A stretch of DNA of 10,112 nt from Promethearchaeia archaeon (GTDB taxonomy: Archaea; Asgardarchaeota; Lokiarchaeia; Sigyniarchaeales; SOKP01), in NCBI GenBank assembly GCA_029856105.1, contig JAHQWH010000018.1:1-10112 (forward strand), read 5' to 3'. Positions within the stretch are counted from its first letter, which is position 1. Every line of letters starts with the position of its first letter. A program made the position numbers and the translations under genes. Positions 6,274 to 10,112 of the stretch are shown here, piece after piece. The notes beneath the pieces are model-generated. The model saw only the letters and a list, made by a program, of their open reading frames with translations. It was not told where the DNA came from and made no database searches.

Positions 6274-7464
6274 ATGAGTAAAATAAAAGGAATTAGGGAT
6301 AAAGTAGCCATTATTGGCTGTGACGCTACAAAATATGGCGAACGATGGGATAAAAACCAATACGATTTGCTCTTTGAAGCCTCACGAGATGCGTTTAAAG
6401 ATGCGGGAATTAAAAAGGACGAGGTTGAAGCAGCTTGGGTCGGTATCTACTACTACTTCACCGGGATGTCCGGTGCGACAGTGGAGGATATTCTTCGATT
6501 GGATGGGATTCCAATCACGCGTACAGAGAATTATTGTGCTTCGGGAATGGACGCTTTTAGGAATGCTTGTTTTGGCGTAGCGAGTGGAGCTTACGATGTT
6601 GTTCTTGCTTGTGGTGTGGAAAAATTAATGGACGAAGGCGGAAGCGGTTTACCCGGCTTTAAAATATTTGGACACCCCGTTTTACCGTTACCTTCAGCTC
6701 CTGCTATGTTTTCGATGGCAGCAACTAGATGTTTTCACGAATTTGGCTGGACAAAAGAGGATTTAGCGCGCGTGGCGGTTAAAAACCACGATAACGGGTT
6801 TTACCATCCAAAAGCGCATTTTCGAAGTAAGATCACGATTGATCAAGTAATGAAGGCACCTATGATCGCTGATCCTCTCGGTCGCTTTGACTGTTGCGCC
6901 ATGTCGGACGGAGCTGCCGCGTTAATATTGACTACACCAGAGCTTGCGGAAAGTTATGCTCACGCGGACGATTACATTGTGGTAAAAGCAAACGCTATAT
7001 CGTGTAGAACTAATTTTCCATGGTACATTCCTTCAAATGGCCCTGGAGCGGACTTTACAGCTTTTCCTGCGACCGTTAAAGCAGCCGAATATGCATATAA
7101 AGAAGCGGGTATTACAGATCCAAGAAAGGAAATCGATGCCGCAGAAGTCCACGATTGTTTCACTATAACTGAGTTAATAAATACACAAGACTTGCAATTC
7201 TGCGATCGTGGCATGGCTGCTGAGGAACTAAAAAATGGAACTTTTAATTGGGATGGGGAGACTGCCGTTAATCCTTCTGGTGGACTGAAATCTTTTGGTC
7301 ATCCAATTGGATCAACTGGTTGTAGAATGCTTCAAGAGATTACCAAACAACTTCAAGGACGCGCGGAAGGGAGACAGGTTCCTGACGCTAAGGTAGGCTT
7401 ATGTCATAATCTTGGCGGTGCGTTTAGCGTAGCTTCAGTTACAGTTTTAGGACAAAGAGATTAA
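6274..7464 (+). CDS. Thiolase (acetyl-CoA C-acyltransferase), SCP2/SCP-x type
   Basis: ENYCASG (nucleophile C88), GVEKL, VAVKNHDN, SDGAAAL, EVHDCFT (H293/C295), NPSGGLKSFGHPIGSTG (H343), and HNLGG (H378) in place of CxGGG. Confidence 0.96.
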   Translation: MSKIKGIRDKVAIIGCDATKYGERWDKNQYDLLFEASRDAFKDAGIKKDEVEAAWVGIYYYFTGMSGATVEDILRLDGIPITRTENYCASGMDAFRNACFGVASGAYDVVLACGVEKLMDEGGSGLPGFKIFGHPVLPLPSAPAMFSMAATRCFHEFGWTKEDLARVAVKNHDNGFYHPKAHFRSKITIDQVMKAPMIADPLGRFDCCAMSDGAAALILTTPELAESYAHADDYIVVKANAISCRTNFPWYIPSNGPGADFTAFPATVKAAEYAYKEAGITDPRKEIDAAEVHDCFTITELINTQDLQFCDRGMAAEELKNGTFNWDGETAVNPSGGLKSFGHPIGSTGCRMLQEITKQLQGRAEGRQVPDAKVGLCHNLGGAFSVASVTVLGQRD

Positions 7465-7474
7465 ATTTAAATTA

Positions 7475-7483
7475 TTTTTTTTT
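7475..7483 (+). terminator. Candidate oligo-T terminator (T9) of the thiolase operon
   Basis: T9 run 10 nt after the TAA stop, followed by a further TCTTTT. Confidence 0.6.
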
Positions 7484-7497
7484 ATATATCTTTTAAT

Positions 7498-7522
7498 ATT
7501 TTAGTTATAATATAACTTAAAT
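7498..7522. promoter_or_regulatory. Palindrome ATTT-T-AGTTATA-A-TATAACT-T-AAAT; candidate operator overlapping a TATA-like element
   Basis: Perfect 7-bp arms at 7503-7509 and 7511-7517, extending to 11 of 12 paired positions. Centred 31 bp upstream of the ATG at 7541. Confidence 0.5.
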
Positions 7523-7540
7523 TTAATAATTGATAAGAAA

Positions 7541-7738
7541 ATGTTAATCAAAGAGCTAAAAGAATTACTACAAAATTTTGAGGACGATAAGGATGTCTCT
7601 GTGTTTCTGGAGTTGACACATAATTATGGTATTGTGTACGAAATTGAAAACAGGGGCAATGATAACGGTCATCTGAGTATAGGCATCTCGGACAGTGTAA
7701 ACAATTTGCATAATGTGCTAAAATCAGTAGTAGAATAA
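7541..7738 (+). CDS. Small acidic hypothetical protein (65 aa)
   Basis: ATG-TAA ORF with higher GC than its flanks and protein-like composition. The N-terminus MLIKELKELLQNFEDDKDVSVF has the MxVKELxExLxxxDxDxEV pattern common in small phage-type hypotheticals. No SD. Confidence 0.7.
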   Translation: MLIKELKELLQNFEDDKDVSVFLELTHNYGIVYEIENRGNDNGHLSIGISDSVNNLHNVLKSVVE

Positions 7739-7837
7739 ATTTTTAAGAAATTATTAATCGATTCTAATAAACATTGAAATAATATACGAAATCTTTCATC
7801 TTTTCTTCCAAATAAAACAAAAAAAACAAAAAGGATA

Positions 7838-7993
7838 ATGACAGAGACAGTTATTAAATTAAAAAATGTGAATAAGAAATTTGGGAATCTTACAGCAGTT
7901 AATAATGTACGTTTAGAAATAAAAAAAGGTGAAAATAAAGAAGAATATGTTTTTGAATTTTATAATGAGGAAAAATTAAAAATTAAAAATTAA
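7838..7993 (+). pseudogene. Truncated ABC-transporter ATPase remnant (51 codons)
   Basis: Below the ORF-track cutoff. MTETVIKLKNVNKKFGNLTAVNNVRLEIKKGE matches the N-terminus of 8134..9156 at 17 of 32 residues, then diverges (NKEEYVFEFYNEEKLKIKN*) just before Walker A. Confidence 0.85.
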
Positions 7994-7996
7994 AAA
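7971..7996 (+). repeat. Heptamer tandem repeat (AAAAATT)x3 plus a partial copy
   Basis: Units at 7971-7977, 7978-7984 and 7985-7991, then AAAAA. It supplies the stop of the ABC remnant. Confidence 0.6.
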
Positions 7997-8133
7997 AACT
8001 GATACATTTTCAAATTTCTATTATAATTTTTAGAGTAACAATATAAAACTGATAGGGATAGTAATAAATATTGATGTATATAATTGTTATAGAGGATAAT
8101 TATTCTTATCAAAGTGAAATGGATTAGAAGACA

Positions 8134-9156
8134 ATGAGCGAAACCGTTATAAAATTAGAAAATTTAAGCAAGAAGTATGGTAATTTTATGGCCCTAGATA
8201 CTGTAAGCTTTTCAGTTCGAAAAGGTGAGATTATCGGATTAGTGGGGCCAAATGGTGCAGGAAAGACTACATTGCTTAAACTAATAGCTCGCTTGATTAG
8301 ACCAAATTCCGGAAGCGTTTTTATTAAAAATAATGATTGTAAATTACAGAATATTCAAAAAAATTCAAAAAATTTAATCGAAATGGGCTTTTTAATCGAT
8401 ATTCCTCACTTTTATAACACAACCCCATATTGTTTATTAAGACATATTGCGAACATTAGGAATTATCCAAGGAACAAAATAAAACTTAGAATTGATCATC
8501 TTTTAAAAACCTTCGATTTATATGAATGGAAATATAAGAAGTTAAAAACCTTTTCAAAAGGAATGATACAGAAATTAGGTTTTATGGTTGCGATAATTCA
8601 CGACCCAGAGCTTTTTATTCTTGATGAGCCTCAAACGGGCTTAGATACAAATGCTCGTATAAAAATACGAGAATATCTTAAATCGCTTCAAAATGAGGGG
8701 AAAACCATTCTTTTATCGTCTCATTTATTAACTGAGCTAAGAGAAGTATGTGATAAGATTGCTCTAATAAATCAAGGTGTGTTGATTGGATTTGATACAA
8801 TTGATAATTTGGAGAGAGATTTCAAAACCAAGGAATTAATTTGTGAAATTGGTAATCCAATTCCTATAGAAAGAGTAAATGATTTAATTATTAAACTGAA
8901 TCGCCAATTAGAGCCATTTTTGGAAGCAAAAGTGGATCACTCAAATTTTGAAGGTTTGATCACTTATAATCGCCAGAAAAATTTCTTTACAATTTGCTAT
9001 GATGGTAAACAAACTTCAAGAAGTGAAATTTTAAACATTTTGTCTACAGAATTCGTATCCGATCTTACAATAAGTTCTTTTTACGAACCAAAGATTTCTC
9101 AGTTAGAAAGTCTATATAATCAGATGATAAAAGAAAATAACAAAAAACTAAAATGA
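8134..9156 (+). CDS. ABC-2 type exporter ATP-binding subunit with C-terminal extension
   Basis: Walker A GPNGAGKT, signature variant FSKGM, Walker B/D-loop FILDEPQTGLD, H-loop LSSH. About 100-aa C-terminal domain ending in an LESLY motif. Confidence 0.96.
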   Translation: MSETVIKLENLSKKYGNFMALDTVSFSVRKGEIIGLVGPNGAGKTTLLKLIARLIRPNSGSVFIKNNDCKLQNIQKNSKNLIEMGFLIDIPHFYNTTPYCLLRHIANIRNYPRNKIKLRIDHLLKTFDLYEWKYKKLKTFSKGMIQKLGFMVAIIHDPELFILDEPQTGLDTNARIKIREYLKSLQNEGKTILLSSHLLTELREVCDKIALINQGVLIGFDTIDNLERDFKTKELICEIGNPIPIERVNDLIIKLNRQLEPFLEAKVDHSNFEGLITYNRQKNFFTICYDGKQTSRSEILNILSTEFVSDLTISSFYEPKISQLESLYNQMIKENNKKLK

Positions 9157-9177
9157 GATTAAGTGAGGTTATAATAA

Positions 9178-10002
9178 GTGGAAAAATTAGCTAATATTTG
9201 CGTAAATCTTAAACAAGTTTCACACTCGATATTATTTGAAGTAAAGCTCCAAAAGAAGAAATTTATTATATTTTCAATTATAACGATTATTTTATTCTTT
9301 TTAAATAGTATTGTTTCTTATGTTATTTTTTCATTTATGACCTTACCTTATTCTCAAATTGATTTATATCAAAGTTTAATCTTATCTTTTATGACGATTT
9401 TATTCTTAACTACGGGGTTCTTTTTTTCAGGTATTATTTGTACTGAATATAAAAAGAAAACAGGTTTAACATTGCTTCCTTTAATTGAGAAGCATAATTT
9501 AATTATAGGGAAATATATTGCAAATTACATATTAGTTATAGGAATTACGGCTATTCAATATTTCCTAATAGCGCTTTTAACTTTTTATTTTTATGCTGAG
9601 CCCATACCTCCTTCATTATTTCTTAGTTTTGGATATCTTGCACTATATATCCTAGCTTTAGCTAGCGTTACAACATTTCTAAGCTCTTTTATGCCTTCAG
9701 CAAGTTCAGTGCTTATCATTATTATTGCACTCATTTTATTTGGTTTTTCAATAATCGATGTATTTGTTAAGCCTACTCGTATTGAGCCACTTTACTCGTT
9801 ACCTTACCTTTATAATATTATTAGTAAAATAATTTATCCTGAGTTCTCCACTATGGAAAGATATTATGAATATACACAAGATAATATTACTCATCGAATT
9901 TGGTCATTTCCGTCTGCGGAAGGAGCATTAATAGTTTTAACGTTATATGCGATTGTTTTTTTCCTGTTAGGATATTTATTGTTTAAAAGAAGACAATTAT
10001 AA
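9178..10002 (+). CDS. ABC-2 type exporter permease
   Basis: GTG start with a GAGGT RBS at 9165-9169. About six hydrophobic segments. Cytoplasmic motif GIICTEYKKKTGLTLLPLIEKHNLIIGKY and a C-terminal FKRRQL are typical of ABC-2 permeases. Confidence 0.92.
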   Translation: MEKLANICVNLKQVSHSILFEVKLQKKKFIIFSIITIILFFLNSIVSYVIFSFMTLPYSQIDLYQSLILSFMTILFLTTGFFFSGIICTEYKKKTGLTLLPLIEKHNLIIGKYIANYILVIGITAIQYFLIALLTFYFYAEPIPPSLFLSFGYLALYILALASVTTFLSSFMPSASSVLIIIIALILFGFSIIDVFVKPTRIEPLYSLPYLYNIISKIIYPEFSTMERYYEYTQDNITHRIWSFPSAEGALIVLTLYAIVFFLLGYLLFKRRQL

Positions 10003-10050
10003 GATAAAGTCAATAAGATATAAAGAAAAAAAAATAATTTGGTTTTGAAA

Positions 10051-10112
10051 ATGGTAAATATAAAAAAAAAAAGAAAATTAAAACTTACAGTACTCGTGTT
10101 TTTAGGCATTTT
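10051..10112 (+). CDS. Start of a probable secreted/membrane-anchored protein (signal peptide), running off the right edge
   Basis: ATG at 10051 gives MVNIKKKRKLKLTVLVFLGI...: a basic n-region then a hydrophobic h-region. Only 20 codons are visible. Confidence 0.6.
   Translation, partial: MVNIKKKRKLKLTVLVFLGI

Noticed and set aside
5049-7214. ORFs 5049..5249 (-), 6314..6580 (+, alternate frame) and 6972..7214 (-)
   Set aside because: Nested in well-supported genes in the more GC-rich block, where stop-free alternate frames are expected; no motifs.
7919-8133. Programmed frameshift at the A-run (7921-7927) restoring a full ABC ATPase from 7838
   Set aside because: No Walker A follows in the alternative frames, which hit stops quickly. 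The downstream ATPase has its own complete N-terminus.
9154-9156. TGA stop of the ATPase as selenocysteine/readthrough
   Set aside because: It is the natural end of the protein with no redox motif, an in-frame TAA follows two codons later, and no SECIS-like hairpin is evident.
9891-10109. 72-aa minus ORF
   Set aside because: The Phe-rich sequence derives from poly-A runs. It overlaps the permease end and the + strand signal-peptide start.
1-10112. CRISPR array, tRNA/rRNA, IS element or integrase
   Set aside because: No regularly spaced 25-40 bp repeats, no GC-rich structured intergenic segment, and no transposase or recombinase motifs or long terminal inverted repeats were seen.

Overview
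AT-rich, gene-dense archaeal DNA, most likely Asgard (Lokiarchaeia/Promethearchaeia-like). This is inferred from the GGTGA/GAGGT ribosome-binding sites, oligo-T terminators, an SCP2-type thiolase with a DUF35 partner and a longin/uDENN-like protein. Minus strand: the 5' part of a probable SNF2-family helicase running off the left edge (missed by the ORF track), an M24 Xaa-Pro peptidase and a mandelate-racemase-subgroup enolase. Plus strand, after a divergent promoter region: a 346-aa protein with an apparent uDENN/longin N-terminus and a cytoplasmic Ig-like C-terminus, closely coupled to a GNAT acetyltransferase; an operon of a catalytically dead HMG-CoA-synthase-like/DUF35 fusion plus an SCP2-type thiolase (PhlABC-like architecture); a scar region with a 65-aa orphan behind a palindrome and a truncated ABC-ATPase copy; an ABC-2 exporter (ATPase plus permease); and the start of a signal-peptide-bearing gene at the right edge. 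I saw no CRISPR array, RNA gene or transposase. The best candidates for undescribed systems are the uDENN-Ig/GNAT pair and the pseudo-HMGS-DUF35/thiolase complex. All family calls come from motif recognition by eye, not database searches.
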